In this document: positions 1 to 8,875 of the stretch, piece after piece
How the letters are laid out: every line of letters begins with the position of its first letter
How positions within the stretch are numbered: position 1 is the first letter of the stretch
Assembly (NCBI GenBank): GCA_040769125.1
Contig: JAXGLO010000001.1
Span: forward strand, 656,069 to 720,068
DNA from: Thermoleophilia bacterium
GTDB taxonomy: Bacteria > Actinomycetota > Thermoleophilia > UBA2241
Direction of reading: 5' to 3'
Length of the DNA: 64,000 bases
The notes under the pieces: model-generated
Seen by the model: the letters and a program-made list of their open reading frames with translations, nothing else
What the model was told of the DNA's origin: nothing
The model's database searches: none
Translations under genes and position numbers: made by a program

Positions 1-263
1 ACGTCAACGAGCTGCTGGCGCGGATCAGGGTGCATCTCGGAGAGTCGGGGCCGCCGAAGAGCACTGTTCCCAATCCCATGACAAGGAGGGAGCTCGAAGT
101 GCTCAAGCTCCTCGCCAGCGGGAAGACCTACAAGCAGGTCGCGAGCGCGCTCGACCTTTCACAGAGCACCGTGCGCAATCACCTGCACAACGTGTACACC
201 AAGCTGATGGTGGTGGACCGCGCCCAGGCGGTGATCGTCAGCCGCGAGAACGGCTGGATCTAG
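1..263 (+). CDS. LuxR/GerE-type HTH domain, C-terminal part of a response-regulator-like protein (5' end outside window)
   Basis: The frame is open from the window edge (VNELLARIRVHLGE...). TRRELEVLKLLASGKTYKQVASALDLSQSTVRNHLHNVYTKL is a classic LuxR/GerE helix-turn-helix. Stop at 261-263. Confidence 0.75.
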   Translation, partial: VNELLARIRVHLGESGPPKSTVPNPMTRRELEVLKLLASGKTYKQVASALDLSQSTVRNHLHNVYTKLMVVDRAQAVIVSRENGWI

Positions 264-273
264 CGCGCGAAGT

Positions 274-537
274 TCACGAGACGGCGAACGGCATGTCGTT
301 GATCGACCATGCCACCGAGACGTCGCGTCGCTCTTTGCGACGTCGCTCGCCGAGCGGCCCCGGCCCGGTGACCGGGCCCTGCCGCCGGCGCTCCCCGAAC
401 CGCCTGTCGACCACCACCTTGACGTCGTCACGCCCGGTGAAGCGCTCCGTGAGACGATTGTAGAAGAAGTCCTTCAGCGGGCGAGGCACCACGACGATCT
501 GCGTTGGGGCACTCTGTGAAGGCTCGTTCATGGTCAC
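274..537 (-). CDS. hypothetical small Arg-rich protein (87 aa)
   Basis: Intact ATG ORF. The N-terminal half (IVVVPRPLKDFFYNRLTERFTGRDDVKVVVDRRFGERRR) reads like real protein rather than off-frame noise. No family recognised. Confidence 0.35.
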   Translation of the reverse strand: MTMNEPSQSAPTQIVVVPRPLKDFFYNRLTERFTGRDDVKVVVDRRFGERRRQGPVTGPGPLGERRRKERRDVSVAWSINDMPFAVS

Positions 538-626
538 CTCCTCGATTGTCTTACGTTATCACCCCAGGTCTCGTGGCATTCGGCGCGGACGGGCAGATCT
601 CCTTGAACAGGCTCGAAATGGGCGGA

Positions 627-2303
627 TCAGCCGTCGTCAGCGGGGACGACGCCGGCCTTCGCTTCCTGCGACGGCTCCCCTGAGGCGCCGGCCACCTCTG
701 CCGCCCCGTCGTGCGCATCGCGCCAGCGGAGCAGCAGGGCGCACAGCCCACCGGTCACGGCGAAGGCCGCACCGACCAGGAAGGCGGTGTTGATCGCCTG
801 CGTGAACCACTCCTTGAAGAAGCGCGCTACGAGCCCGGCGGCGTCCGGCGGCACGTCCGGGCCGCCCAGCGCCGCCCCCATCTGCATGCCGCCCTCCGAG
901 AGGCCGGCGACGACCTTGTCCTTGGCCGCCTGCGGCATGCCGGGGATCGCGCGGATGCCGTTGACGATGTTGGCGGTAACGCGGTTCTGCATTACCGCAC
1001 CGAGGCTCGCGATGCCGAGCAGGCTCCCCACTTGGCGCATCGTCGAGAGGACGCCGGAGGCGTTGCCTACGCGGTCACGAGGCGCCGCTGCCATGACGAC
1101 TGTCGTGATGGGGGCCGTGGCGAGGCCGATGCCCGTGCCCGCGACCAGGAAGGGGAAGATCAAGGCCGAGCTGGGCGTGTCGGGGCGAAGCTCATCGTGC
1201 CACGGTGTCAGCCCTGCCATCCAGGCGATGCCGAAGGCCAGGCAGAGCATGCCAGCGGCGACGATCCAGCGGCCTCCGAAGCGGTCGCTGAGGCGCCCGG
1301 CGAGCGGAGCCGCGATCATGATCACGAGCGACATGGGGCTCATCACGAGGCCCGCCCGCAGGGCGCTGTAGCCGAGCACGGTCTGCAGGAAGATCGGGAC
1401 GGTGAAGAAGACTCCCATCATGGCGGCGCTCAGGAGGAGCCCGGTGGCGTTGCCGGCCGCGAAGTCGATGCTGCGGAACAGGGAGAAGTCGATGAGCGGT
1501 TGGCGCACACGGCTCTCGCGCACGGCGAAGAGCACGAAGGCGACGCCGGCCGCGACGAAGAGCCCGATGATGGTCGCGGAGGTCCAGCCGAGCTTCTGGC
1601 CCTCGACGAGGGCGAACGTCAGGCAGAACAACGCGGCCGAGACGAGGCCCACGCCGGGGAGATCGAGCGACTCGACGGCCGTGGGGTTTCTGCTCTCGGG
1701 AATGATGCGCAGGGCGAGCAGCACGCCGATGGCTCCGATGGGGATGTTGATGAGGAAGATCCAGCGCCAGCTGGCGGCGTCGACGATCAGTCCTCCGAGG
1801 GTGGGGCCGATCGCCGTTGCGAGGCCAGCGACGCCGCCCCAGATGCCCATGGCGGCGCCGCGCCTCTCGAGCGGGAAGACGGCGGGGATGATGCTCAGCG
1901 TGGCCGGCATCATCGCGGCGCCGGCGATCCCCTGGACGATGCGGAAGGCGATCAGCCAGCCGGCACTCGGCGCGAGGCCGCAGGCGAGCGAGGCGACTGT
2001 GAACAGCACCATGCCCCAGACGAACAGCCGCCGCCGTCCGTAGAGGTCGCCGAAACGGCCGAGCGTTACGAGCAGCACTGCGAAGGAGAGCACGTAGCTG
2101 TTCATCACCCACTCGATGCCGCTGAGGTCGGTGTTGAACGCGGCCATGATGCGGGGGAGAGCCACATTCACGATGGTGCCGTCGAGCAGGATCATGAAGA
2201 GGCCGAGGCAGAGTACGGCGAGGATCGCCCAAGGGCTGCGGTCTGTCGGGGTGACCGTGGGCGCGGGGGCGGGCGGTCGAGCTGTGCCGTGCGCGGGCGT
2301 CAT
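627..2303 (-). CDS. MFS transporter, DHA2 (EmrB/QacA-like, ~14 TM) drug/H+ antiporter family
   Basis: Hydrophobic throughout. MFS motif A-like LGRFGDLYGRRRLF follows TM2, and the N-terminus LAVLCLGLFMILLDGTIVNVALPRI is typical of DHA2. The ATG overlaps the marR stop (ATGA at 2300-2303). Confidence 0.85.
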   Translation of the reverse strand: MTPAHGTARPPAPAPTVTPTDRSPWAILAVLCLGLFMILLDGTIVNVALPRIMAAFNTDLSGIEWVMNSYVLSFAVLLVTLGRFGDLYGRRRLFVWGMVLFTVASLACGLAPSAGWLIAFRIVQGIAGAAMMPATLSIIPAVFPLERRGAAMGIWGGVAGLATAIGPTLGGLIVDAASWRWIFLINIPIGAIGVLLALRIIPESRNPTAVESLDLPGVGLVSAALFCLTFALVEGQKLGWTSATIIGLFVAAGVAFVLFAVRESRVRQPLIDFSLFRSIDFAAGNATGLLLSAAMMGVFFTVPIFLQTVLGYSALRAGLVMSPMSLVIMIAAPLAGRLSDRFGGRWIVAAGMLCLAFGIAWMAGLTPWHDELRPDTPSSALIFPFLVAGTGIGLATAPITTVVMAAAPRDRVGNASGVLSTMRQVGSLLGIASLGAVMQNRVTANIVNGIRAIPGMPQAAKDKVVAGLSEGGMQMGAALGGPDVPPDAAGLVARFFKEWFTQAINTAFLVGAAFAVTGGLCALLLRWRDAHDGAAEVAGASGEPSQEAKAGVVPADDG

Positions 2304-2782
2304 GTGGTCGGCCTGTCTCTGAACTCGGCGATGAGCGCGCGGAGGAAGGCGACCAGGCCGTCGGGGTCGACCGCCGGGTGGCGCGAGTAGACGGCGGCGA
2401 AGAGCTTGCGCCAGTGCTCGAAAAGCCTCTCGGCGTACGCCGAAGCCTGGCCGGCGAGCCTGACGCGCACCACGCGCCGGTCGCTCTCGTCGGGCTCGCG
2501 CTGCACGATGCCCCGGGCGACGAGGCGCGCCACGAGCTCGGTGGCCGCGGCGCGCCCGATGCCGAGCCCGGCGGCCAGCCCGCTCATGGTGGCGGAGCCG
2601 TGGTGAGCGAGGTATACGACGGCCCTTCTCTGGCTGCCGGTCAGTTCCTCGCCGGCCGGCAGAAGCCCGGCGCGTCCGTGCGGAATCGCCTCGTAGAGCG
2701 TTACGGCGAGCTCGGGCAGGAGCTGCGCGAGCTGCGCCGTGGTCTCGTGCGTCGGTATCGCTGTGTTCGTCCGCGTTGTCAT
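2300..2782 (-). CDS. MarR-family transcriptional regulator
   Basis: Winged-HTH signature LTGSQRRAVVYLAHHGSATMSGLAAGLGIGRAAATELVARLVARGIVQREPDESDRRVVRVRL. Translationally coupled to the downstream MFS gene. Confidence 0.85.
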   Translation of the reverse strand: MTTRTNTAIPTHETTAQLAQLLPELAVTLYEAIPHGRAGLLPAGEELTGSQRRAVVYLAHHGSATMSGLAAGLGIGRAAATELVARLVARGIVQREPDESDRRVVRVRLAGQASAYAERLFEHWRKLFAAVYSRHPAVDPDGLVAFLRALIAEFRDRPTT

Positions 2783-2793
2783 GCGGCCGCGAT

Positions 2794-2832
2794 TATACTT
2801 CGATATTCGAACAATTCAAATAACGTAGTATA
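2794..2832. promoter_or_regulatory. AT-rich palindromic operator/promoter region between divergent marR and PHP-phosphatase genes
   Basis: Perfect palindrome TTCGATATTCGAA (2799-2811) is nested in a larger imperfect inverted repeat, TATACTTCG (2794-2802) / CGTAGTATA (2824-2832). This is a striking low-GC island in a GC-rich genome, directly upstream of marR. Confidence 0.45.
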
Positions 2833-2888
2833 TCGGTGCGTCGACTACCAGGGGCGGCCCGTTCGCAGTGTAAGCTTGACAGCGGAAC

Positions 2889-3695
2889 TTGCCCATGATC
2901 GCCGACTATCACATCCACACACCTCTCTGCGGGCACGCGGAAGGGGAGCCGCGCCGGTATATCGAGCGCGCTCTCGAGCTCGGCATGACCGAGATGGGCT
3001 TCTCCGACCATCTGCCCATGGTCGTCGGCTGGAAGCCGGGGTACTCCATGCGCCGCAGCGAGCTCGACGGCTATGTCACGCTGGTGCGGTCACTCGCCGG
3101 CGAGTACGCACCCGCCATCAGGATCCTGCTGGGGATCGAGGCCGACTACTTCCCTGCGGCGGAGGCCGAGATCGCAGCTCTGCTGGCCGACTACCCGTTC
3201 GACTACGTCATCGGCTCGGTGCACTTCCTCGGCGACGGTTTCGCCTACGATCACTCCGACAACCGCGGCCGCTACGAGGATCTGGGCGTCGACCGCATCT
3301 ACCTCGAGGCGTACGAGCTCGTGGCCGCCGCCGCCGGCAGCGGCCTCTTCGACGTCATCGGGCACTTCGACCTCCCCAAGAAGTTCGGCCACCGGCCGGC
3401 GGACGCAGAGCGCGTCGCGGCCGCCGCGGGCGCCGCGCTCCAGGCGGTCAAGCGGGCGGGCGCGGCCATCGAGCTCAACACTGCCGGGTGGCGCAAGCCG
3501 GTCGGCGAAGCCTACCCGGCGCTCGATCTTCTGACCGAGGCCGCCGGCCTCGACATCCCGCTCACTTTCGGCTCGGACGCGCACCGCCCCGAGGAGGTAG
3601 GCGACGGCTTCGGGCGAGCCATCGATCTCGCTCGCGAGGCCGGGTACGGCGCCACGCTGCGGCTGTCCACACGGCGGCCGGAGCGCCTGTCGTGA
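2889..3695 (+). CDS. PHP-family phosphoesterase, histidinol-phosphatase (HisJ/HisK)-like
   Basis: N-terminal DYHIHTPLCGHAEGEP metal-binding motif, internal SVHF, C-terminal GSDAH; ~268 aa, typical of the HisJ family. Confidence 0.8.
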   Translation: MPMIADYHIHTPLCGHAEGEPRRYIERALELGMTEMGFSDHLPMVVGWKPGYSMRRSELDGYVTLVRSLAGEYAPAIRILLGIEADYFPAAEAEIAALLADYPFDYVIGSVHFLGDGFAYDHSDNRGRYEDLGVDRIYLEAYELVAAAAGSGLFDVIGHFDLPKKFGHRPADAERVAAAAGAALQAVKRAGAAIELNTAGWRKPVGEAYPALDLLTEAAGLDIPLTFGSDAHRPEEVGDGFGRAIDLAREAGYGATLRLSTRRPERLS

Positions 3696-4582
3696 GTATC
3701 GTGGGCCGCCGTCTCCTAGCGATCCACAATCCGCATTCCTCGGGCGGCAGCTTCCGGCGCGACGTGCCCCTCATCGTCGCGGCGCTGCGAGGACTCGGCT
3801 ACGAGGTGGAGGAGCGCGAGACGGACGCTGTCGGTGAGGCTACGCGTCTCGCGGCGGAGGGCGTCCGCGACGGATTCGACGTCGTCTGCGCGATCGGCGG
3901 AGACGGCACCGTCAATGAGACGCTCAACGGCCTCGCCGGCAGCGAGACGCCGCTGGCGATCATCCCCACCGGCACCGTCAACGTCCTGGCGATGGAGCTG
4001 GGTATCCCGCTCGAGCCGCCCGACGCCGTGAAGGCCCTGGCGGACGCTTCGCTCTCCTGGATCGACCTCGGCCTCATCGGCGATCGCTACTTCGGCCTCA
4101 TGGCCGGCATCGGCATGGACGCTGCCGTTGTGGCCTCGGTGAAGCCGGCCATGAAGAAGGCGCTCAGGGAGGTCGCGTTCGCCGTCCAGGGGTTGACGAC
4201 CTATCTCACGCAGGAGGAGCCGCGCATCCGCGTGACCACCGCGGAGCGGACGGTCGAGGGGTACTTCGCCGTGTTCGGCAACGCCTCGAACTACGCCGGA
4301 GGCTTCAGCATCACGCCGCGCGCCGACATGCGCGACGGCCTGCTCGACGTCTGTGTGCTCAAGGACAAGTCGCTACTCACGACCATCTCATACTGGACGG
4401 CTGCACTGGCTCACGCTCATCTCAAGCACCCCAAGGTGGAGTACTTTCGCACCGAGTCCGCGGATGTCGCCACCGTGGAATCCGGCAAGGAAGTGCTTGT
4501 GCAGACCGACGGCGAACTCGCCGGCAAGCTGCCGCTCAGATGCTGTGTGGTGCCGCGCGCTCTCCGCGTGCTGGTGCCGTAG
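3692..4582 (+). CDS. diacylglycerol/lipid kinase family protein (YegS/BmrU-like)
   Basis: GTG at 3692 overlaps the upstream stop (GTGA). Contains the AIGGDGTVNETLNGL catalytic-domain motif. The upstream part of the 734-aa ORF is Arg-rich read-through. Confidence 0.8.
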   Translation: MSIVGRRLLAIHNPHSSGGSFRRDVPLIVAALRGLGYEVEERETDAVGEATRLAAEGVRDGFDVVCAIGGDGTVNETLNGLAGSETPLAIIPTGTVNVLAMELGIPLEPPDAVKALADASLSWIDLGLIGDRYFGLMAGIGMDAAVVASVKPAMKKALREVAFAVQGLTTYLTQEEPRIRVTTAERTVEGYFAVFGNASNYAGGFSITPRADMRDGLLDVCVLKDKSLLTTISYWTAALAHAHLKHPKVEYFRTESADVATVESGKEVLVQTDGELAGKLPLRCCVVPRALRVLVP

Positions 4583-4590
4583 CGCAGCCG

Positions 4591-5193
4591 TCAGTCCGCC
4601 TGAAGGCCCATCATCCGGGCGAGGGCGCGCAGGCTCTCTACGTAGGTTTTCTGGGTCTTGGCGTCGTGCGCGGCGATCTCTTCGGGCGTGGCGACGGGGA
4701 CGATCTTGAAGGCCGGGTTGTCGAAGATGTGGAGCTCGAGCGACTCTCCCTGTTCGTAGGGCCGGTGATTGAACATCTTGCTGAGCAGGTGCTCCGCGGT
4801 CTGTTCGCCGATCGCCAGCACGTAATGCGGGGTCGTGATGGCGATCTCCTGGGAGAGGAAGGGATAGCAGGCGTCCAGCTCGGCGGTCGTGGCGCTGCGG
4901 GTGTCGTGGCCGCTTCGCGGCACGCACTTCATGAGTGTAGTGACGTAGACGAGTTCCGCGCTCGTTTTGAGGGCCGGCATGTAGTCGGCCAGCGCCTGGA
5001 CGACGGTGCTGCCGGCCGGCTTCGCCGCCTGTTCGTCTTCAAGGCTGGGGTGGAGGGAGACGACCATGAGCGTGCAGTGCGGGTGGCCTTCCCCGGGGAC
5101 GGCGCGGAGCCGGCAGGCGGTGAGATCTGCGCACTGCCTGCATTCGCCGATGCTCCGCGCCAGCCTGTCGAGCTGCTCGAGCGCATCTTCCAT
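4591..5193 (-). CDS. uracil-DNA glycosylase superfamily protein, divergent (family 4/5-like fold)
   Basis: N-terminal CRQCADLTAC followed by VPGEGHPHCTLMVVSLHPSLEDE resembles the family-4 Cys cluster plus motif A, but the GEAPG and C-terminal HPS motifs are degenerate. Confidence 0.5.
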   Translation of the reverse strand: MEDALEQLDRLARSIGECRQCADLTACRLRAVPGEGHPHCTLMVVSLHPSLEDEQAAKPAGSTVVQALADYMPALKTSAELVYVTTLMKCVPRSGHDTRSATTAELDACYPFLSQEIAITTPHYVLAIGEQTAEHLLSKMFNHRPYEQGESLELHIFDNPAFKIVPVATPEEIAAHDAKTQKTYVESLRALARMMGLQAD

Positions 5194-5243
5194 CTCGGTC
5201 CCTCCTGTCTCGGGGCCGGCTGCGAGGAGGCGCCGGCCGGTGC

Positions 5244-5585
5244 TCAGGCGCCGCTCGCGCCCGTTCGGTACTCACAGACGATCGCCGGTGGAGCGCCTGC
5301 CAGGACGAGCATGAGCTCGTCGTCAAACGGCGCCAGGACCACGTTGAGCTCGTCGAACTCGAAGGACATGTACTTCGCTCGCCGCTGGTGCAGCTCGCCG
5401 GCGAGGCGTGCTCCTATGTCGATGGCCCCGGCGACCTGCGCGGCGACCGCGTCGGCGTCGATGGAAGGATCGGCGTCGGCTGCAACCACGAACCCGTCGC
5501 ACGAGATGAGAAGGGCGGCCCGCATGCCGGGTATCGCCCGGTACGGGGCAAGCCTGGCGGCGAGCGCATCTGCGTGGTCGCTCAC
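5244..5585 (-). CDS. Roadblock/LC7 (MglB-like) domain protein
   Basis: 113 aa. IPGMRAALLISCDGFVVAA...AAQVAGAIDIGARLAGEL...MSFEFDELNVVLAPFDDELMLVLAG matches the Roadblock/LC7 pattern. The GTG start overlaps the upstream stop (GTGA at 5582-5585). Confidence 0.7.
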   Translation of the reverse strand: MSDHADALAARLAPYRAIPGMRAALLISCDGFVVAADADPSIDADAVAAQVAGAIDIGARLAGELHQRRAKYMSFEFDELNVVLAPFDDELMLVLAGAPPAIVCEYRTGASGA

Positions 5586-5947
5586 GGCGCCTCCAGTGCG
5601 GTCTCGAGTTGGGTACGTATGCTTGCGTCGAAGGCCGCGGCTGCGGGTTCGTCTCTGAAGACCCGCGTGAGCCCGTCACGCGAGCCGGCGAGCTCGCTGA
5701 GGAAGATGCTGCCGCGGGCGAGCGGTGTGCCGTCGCTGTCGGCAAGGGAGCCCTCAAGGGGCAGCCGGATGAGGACGTCGCCGCGGAGGAAGAGCTGGGT
5801 CACCTCACGACCTGAGAGCCTCACCCGCACGCGCACGGCGACTCCTGCGGGCACATGCTCGTTGCTGACGTCGATCTCCACATGGCGAAGACTAGCACGG
5901 CCTTGGGGAGTGGCAAGACGCGGCCCTTCGGAGGGCCGTCGCGTCAT
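5582..5947 (-). CDS. hypothetical protein (121 aa), coupled between the GGDEF-like and Roadblock genes
   Basis: ATG at 5947 overlaps the upstream stop (ATGA 5944-5947). The beta-rich sequence VEIDVSNEHVPAGVAVRVRVRLSGREVTQLFLRGDVLIRLPLEG is preceded by an RxxxR (RASLR). Everything upstream in the 547-aa ORF is Arg/Pro shadow sequence. Confidence 0.5.
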   Translation of the reverse strand: MTRRPSEGPRLATPQGRASLRHVEIDVSNEHVPAGVAVRVRVRLSGREVTQLFLRGDVLIRLPLEGSLADSDGTPLARGSIFLSELAGSRDGLTRVFRDEPAAAAFDASIRTQLETALEAP

Positions 5948-6969
5948 TGATTGACGGCCATGGCGGCCGCGGGTGTGGCCGCCAGGCGACCGGCTTCGCT
6001 TCGCGGCTTCGGGCGAGCGGCGGCGAGGAGCTCGGCGTCGCTGCCGGCCTCGGGGAAGGAGGCGACGCCGGTGGCCAGGGTGCGCGCGTGCGCCGCGGGG
6101 ATGACGTCGCCGACGTCGCCGGCGATCGCCGCGACGAGGGCGCTGGCTTCGTGGCGCGAGCGGCCGGGCAGAACGAGGACGAATGAGCCCGGCGCCACGT
6201 GGAAGACGCGATCGTCGTCGGAGAGACGGAGATCGATGTGGTGCGCGACGGTGCGGGCGAGCAGGTCGCCGTCGCGAGCGCTCCACGAGGCGGGCGTCAC
6301 GCGACGACGCGGGAGACGCAGAGTGGCGACGCTCAGCGTGCCGCCACGGGCGCGGGCCTGGTCGATCTCGCGCCTGAGCAGCTCGCGCAGCCGCCTGGCG
6401 GCCTGGATCTCTGTTGCGGGATCGCCGGCGGTCGCGCGCCGGCGCCCCGCGGGCCGGGTCTTCAGCCTGGTCGCGGCGATCCATCCGCCGCAGCACAGGA
6501 GCGTGATCTTGGCGATGGCTGCCGCGCGGCTGCCGGCGAGGCTCGGGTCGGCGATGGCCAGCACGACGATCAGCAGAACAGCCGGCGTGATGAGGTAGGG
6601 CCACTCGTCGCGCGGCGCCCCGGCGAGCTGACCCAGGGCCAGGATCGGAACGCCGCCCAGGAGCCAGCTTGTGGCGCCCCCCGACAAGGCGAGCACGCAG
6701 CCGAGGAGCAGCCAGTCGACGACGATGAACGAGTACGCGAGGTCGGGGCCGCGGGTGTGAGCCACCCTGACGGAGCCGACGCCGACGACCGCTGCAAGCA
6801 GGGCCGTGAAGGCCGCCGCCTGGTGGCCGGTGGCGAGGGCGATGAGGGCGAGCAGGGCGAAGAACGCCGTGCGGTAGCGGCCTCGGAGGACGGCCGGTGT
6901 GAGCCGCCCGCGACGCGGGCGGCTCAAGGTCGCGCCGTCCAGGGCAGGGCGTGAATGCAGGATACGCAC
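5944..6969 (-). CDS. integral membrane protein with C-terminal degenerate GGDEF-like domain
   Basis: About 5 predicted TM helices. The cytoplasmic part then aligns by eye to GGDEF domains (GDLLARTVAHHIDLRLSDDDRVFHVAPGSFVLVLPG...GVASFPEAGSDAELLAAA), but APGSF replaces GG(D/E)EF and the DxFKxxND metal site is absent. Confidence 0.5.
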   Translation of the reverse strand: MRILHSRPALDGATLSRPRRGRLTPAVLRGRYRTAFFALLALIALATGHQAAAFTALLAAVVGVGSVRVAHTRGPDLAYSFIVVDWLLLGCVLALSGGATSWLLGGVPILALGQLAGAPRDEWPYLITPAVLLIVVLAIADPSLAGSRAAAIAKITLLCCGGWIAATRLKTRPAGRRRATAGDPATEIQAARRLRELLRREIDQARARGGTLSVATLRLPRRRVTPASWSARDGDLLARTVAHHIDLRLSDDDRVFHVAPGSFVLVLPGRSRHEASALVAAIAGDVGDVIPAAHARTLATGVASFPEAGSDAELLAAARPKPRSEAGRLAATPAAAMAVNQ

Positions 6970-7084
6970 GGCATGAATGCGGCATTCGCGGTCGCCGGCG
7001 AGACTCCTTCGCTGCGACTGCGGCGCGTGCCGCCGTCTGCCGGGCGATGGCGGAGCTCCGGGCGTCGGCTATAATCGATGCCCC

Positions 7085-8875
7085 GTGGAACGAGCACTCC
7101 TCCTGTCCGGTAACGAGGCCATCGCTCACGGCGCCGTCCGCGCCGGGGCGCGCTTCGCGTGCGGCTACCCGGGCACTCCCTCCACCGAGATCGTGGAAAC
7201 GCTGGCCGCCGTCGGGGACATCCACGCCGAGTGGTGCATCAACGAGAAGGTCGCGCTGGAGACGGCGGTCGGGGCTTCACTGGCCGGTGTGCGCTCCCTC
7301 GTAACGATGAAGCACGTCGGCCTGAACGTCGCCGCCGACCCGTTCATGACGCTCGCCCTGACCGGCGTGAACGCCGGCCTCATTATCGTGAGCGCCGACG
7401 ACCCGGGTATGCACTCCTCCCAGAACGAACAGGACAACCGGATGTACGCGAAGTTCGCGAAGATCCCGATGCTCGAGCCGGCCGACAGCCAGGAGGCCTA
7501 CGAGTTCCTGGCCGAGGCATTCGCCCTCTCGGAGGAGTTCGACACGCCGGTGCTGCTGCGCACCACCACGAGGGTGTCTCACGGCCGTGGGCTGGTCACA
7601 CCGCGTGTTCCGATCGCCGTGGAGGAGCGCGCGTACGAGCAGGACATGAGCAAGTACGTCATGGTGCCGCAGAACGCCCGCGCCCGGAACCGCGTGCTTC
7701 TGCAGCGGCAGGAGGATCTCCGCCGCAGAGCCGAGGAGTCTCGGCTGAATGTCCTTGAGGCCGGCACGGCCGACGTCGGCATCATCGCCGCCGGTATCGC
7801 CTACACTTACGCGCGCGAGGCTTTTCCCGAGGCGTGGTTCCTCAAGCTCGGCATGTCCAACCCGCTGCCGTACGCGAAGGTCGCGCGCCTGTACCAGCAC
7901 GTCTCGCGGGTGGCGGTCGTAGAAGAGCTCGATCCGTTCATCGAGGAGCAGGTGCGGGCGCTCGGGCTGCCCGCCGTCGGCAAGGAGGTCATCCCCTCCG
8001 ACGGCGAGCTCAACCCGGACGTCGTCTTCCACGCGCTGGAGTCCTTCGTCGCGCGCAAGGCGCCGCGGCGGCGCCGGCCGGTCTTTCCCCCGGCGCCTCG
8101 GCTGGCGGAGCCACCGCAGCCCACGCCAGGTTTGCCGCTGCGCCCGCCGGTCCTCTGCCCGGGGTGCTCCCACCGCACCGTCTTCACGGCCTTGCGGCGG
8201 CACAAGCTGGCGCCGATGGGCGATATCGGCTGCTATACGCTGGGGGCGCTGCCTCCGCTCTCCCGGGTGGACACCTGCCTCTGCATGGGCGGATCCATCG
8301 GCATGATGGCGGGCTTCAACAAGGCGCTCGGGCGCAAGGCGGCCGCAGCCGTCATCGGCGACTCCACCTTCTTCCACTCCGGCATCACGTCGCTCATCGA
8401 CGCGCGCTACAACGGCGCCGAGGGCCTGGTCGTGGTGCTCGACAACCGCACCACGGCGATGACCGGCCACCAGGGCCATCCGGGCACAGGCGTCCGCGCC
8501 GACCACAGCCAAGGCCCGTCCGTCGACATCCAGCGGCTCTGCGAGGGGGTCGACGTGCGGTGCACGACAGTTCCGGCCGGCGAGTTCAAGGCGGTTGAAG
8601 CCGCGCTCAAGGCGGAGGTGGCGACGGCCGGGTTGGGCGTTATCGTGGCGGTGGGCCCGTGCGCGCTGACGAAGCCGCGCACCGGCGACTCGATCGTCGT
8701 TGACGAAGAGCGCTGCAACCTCTGTGGTCTGTGCCTGGCGATCGGCTGCCCGGCTCTGGTGCCGGGCGACGACGCGGTCGCCATCCTCGGATCCTGCACC
8801 TCCTGCGGGCTGTGCGTCGACGTGTGCCGCCGCGGCGCCTTGCGCATCGTGAGTCCCAGTGAGGGCGGAGAATGA
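7085..8875 (+). CDS. iorA: indolepyruvate:ferredoxin oxidoreductase, alpha subunit
   Basis: GTG at 7085 gives the N-terminus VERALLLSGNEAIAHGAVRAGARFACGYPGTPSTEI. Also has a TPP-binding GDSTFFHSG motif and a C-terminal 2x[4Fe-4S] (CNLCGLCLAIGCP...CTSCGLCVDVC). Confidence 0.85.
   Translation: MERALLLSGNEAIAHGAVRAGARFACGYPGTPSTEIVETLAAVGDIHAEWCINEKVALETAVGASLAGVRSLVTMKHVGLNVAADPFMTLALTGVNAGLIIVSADDPGMHSSQNEQDNRMYAKFAKIPMLEPADSQEAYEFLAEAFALSEEFDTPVLLRTTTRVSHGRGLVTPRVPIAVEERAYEQDMSKYVMVPQNARARNRVLLQRQEDLRRRAEESRLNVLEAGTADVGIIAAGIAYTYAREAFPEAWFLKLGMSNPLPYAKVARLYQHVSRVAVVEELDPFIEEQVRALGLPAVGKEVIPSDGELNPDVVFHALESFVARKAPRRRRPVFPPAPRLAEPPQPTPGLPLRPPVLCPGCSHRTVFTALRRHKLAPMGDIGCYTLGALPPLSRVDTCLCMGGSIGMMAGFNKALGRKAAAAVIGDSTFFHSGITSLIDARYNGAEGLVVVLDNRTTAMTGHQGHPGTGVRADHSQGPSVDIQRLCEGVDVRCTTVPAGEFKAVEAALKAEVATAGLGVIVAVGPCALTKPRTGDSIVVDEERCNLCGLCLAIGCPALVPGDDAVAILGSCTSCGLCVDVCRRGALRIVSPSEGGE

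Noticed and set aside
5582-5947. Assignment of the 121-aa protein as a PilZ (c-di-GMP receptor) domain, prompted by the adjacent GGDEF-like gene and an RxxxR (RASLR) motif.
   Set aside because: No (D/N)xSxxG motif at the expected distance could be found, so the gene is kept as hypothetical.
5948-7225. Long N-terminal extensions of several track ORFs: 5582-7225, 2378-4582, 34578-37250, 8859-9875, 9311-11227, 11282-13894, 25430-27256, 32027-33667, 38352-39539.
   Set aside because: The upstream parts are Arg/Pro-rich and overlap other well-supported genes. In each case an internal ATG/GTG/TTG that forms a 1-4 nt overlap with the upstream gene's stop gives a protein of family-typical length.
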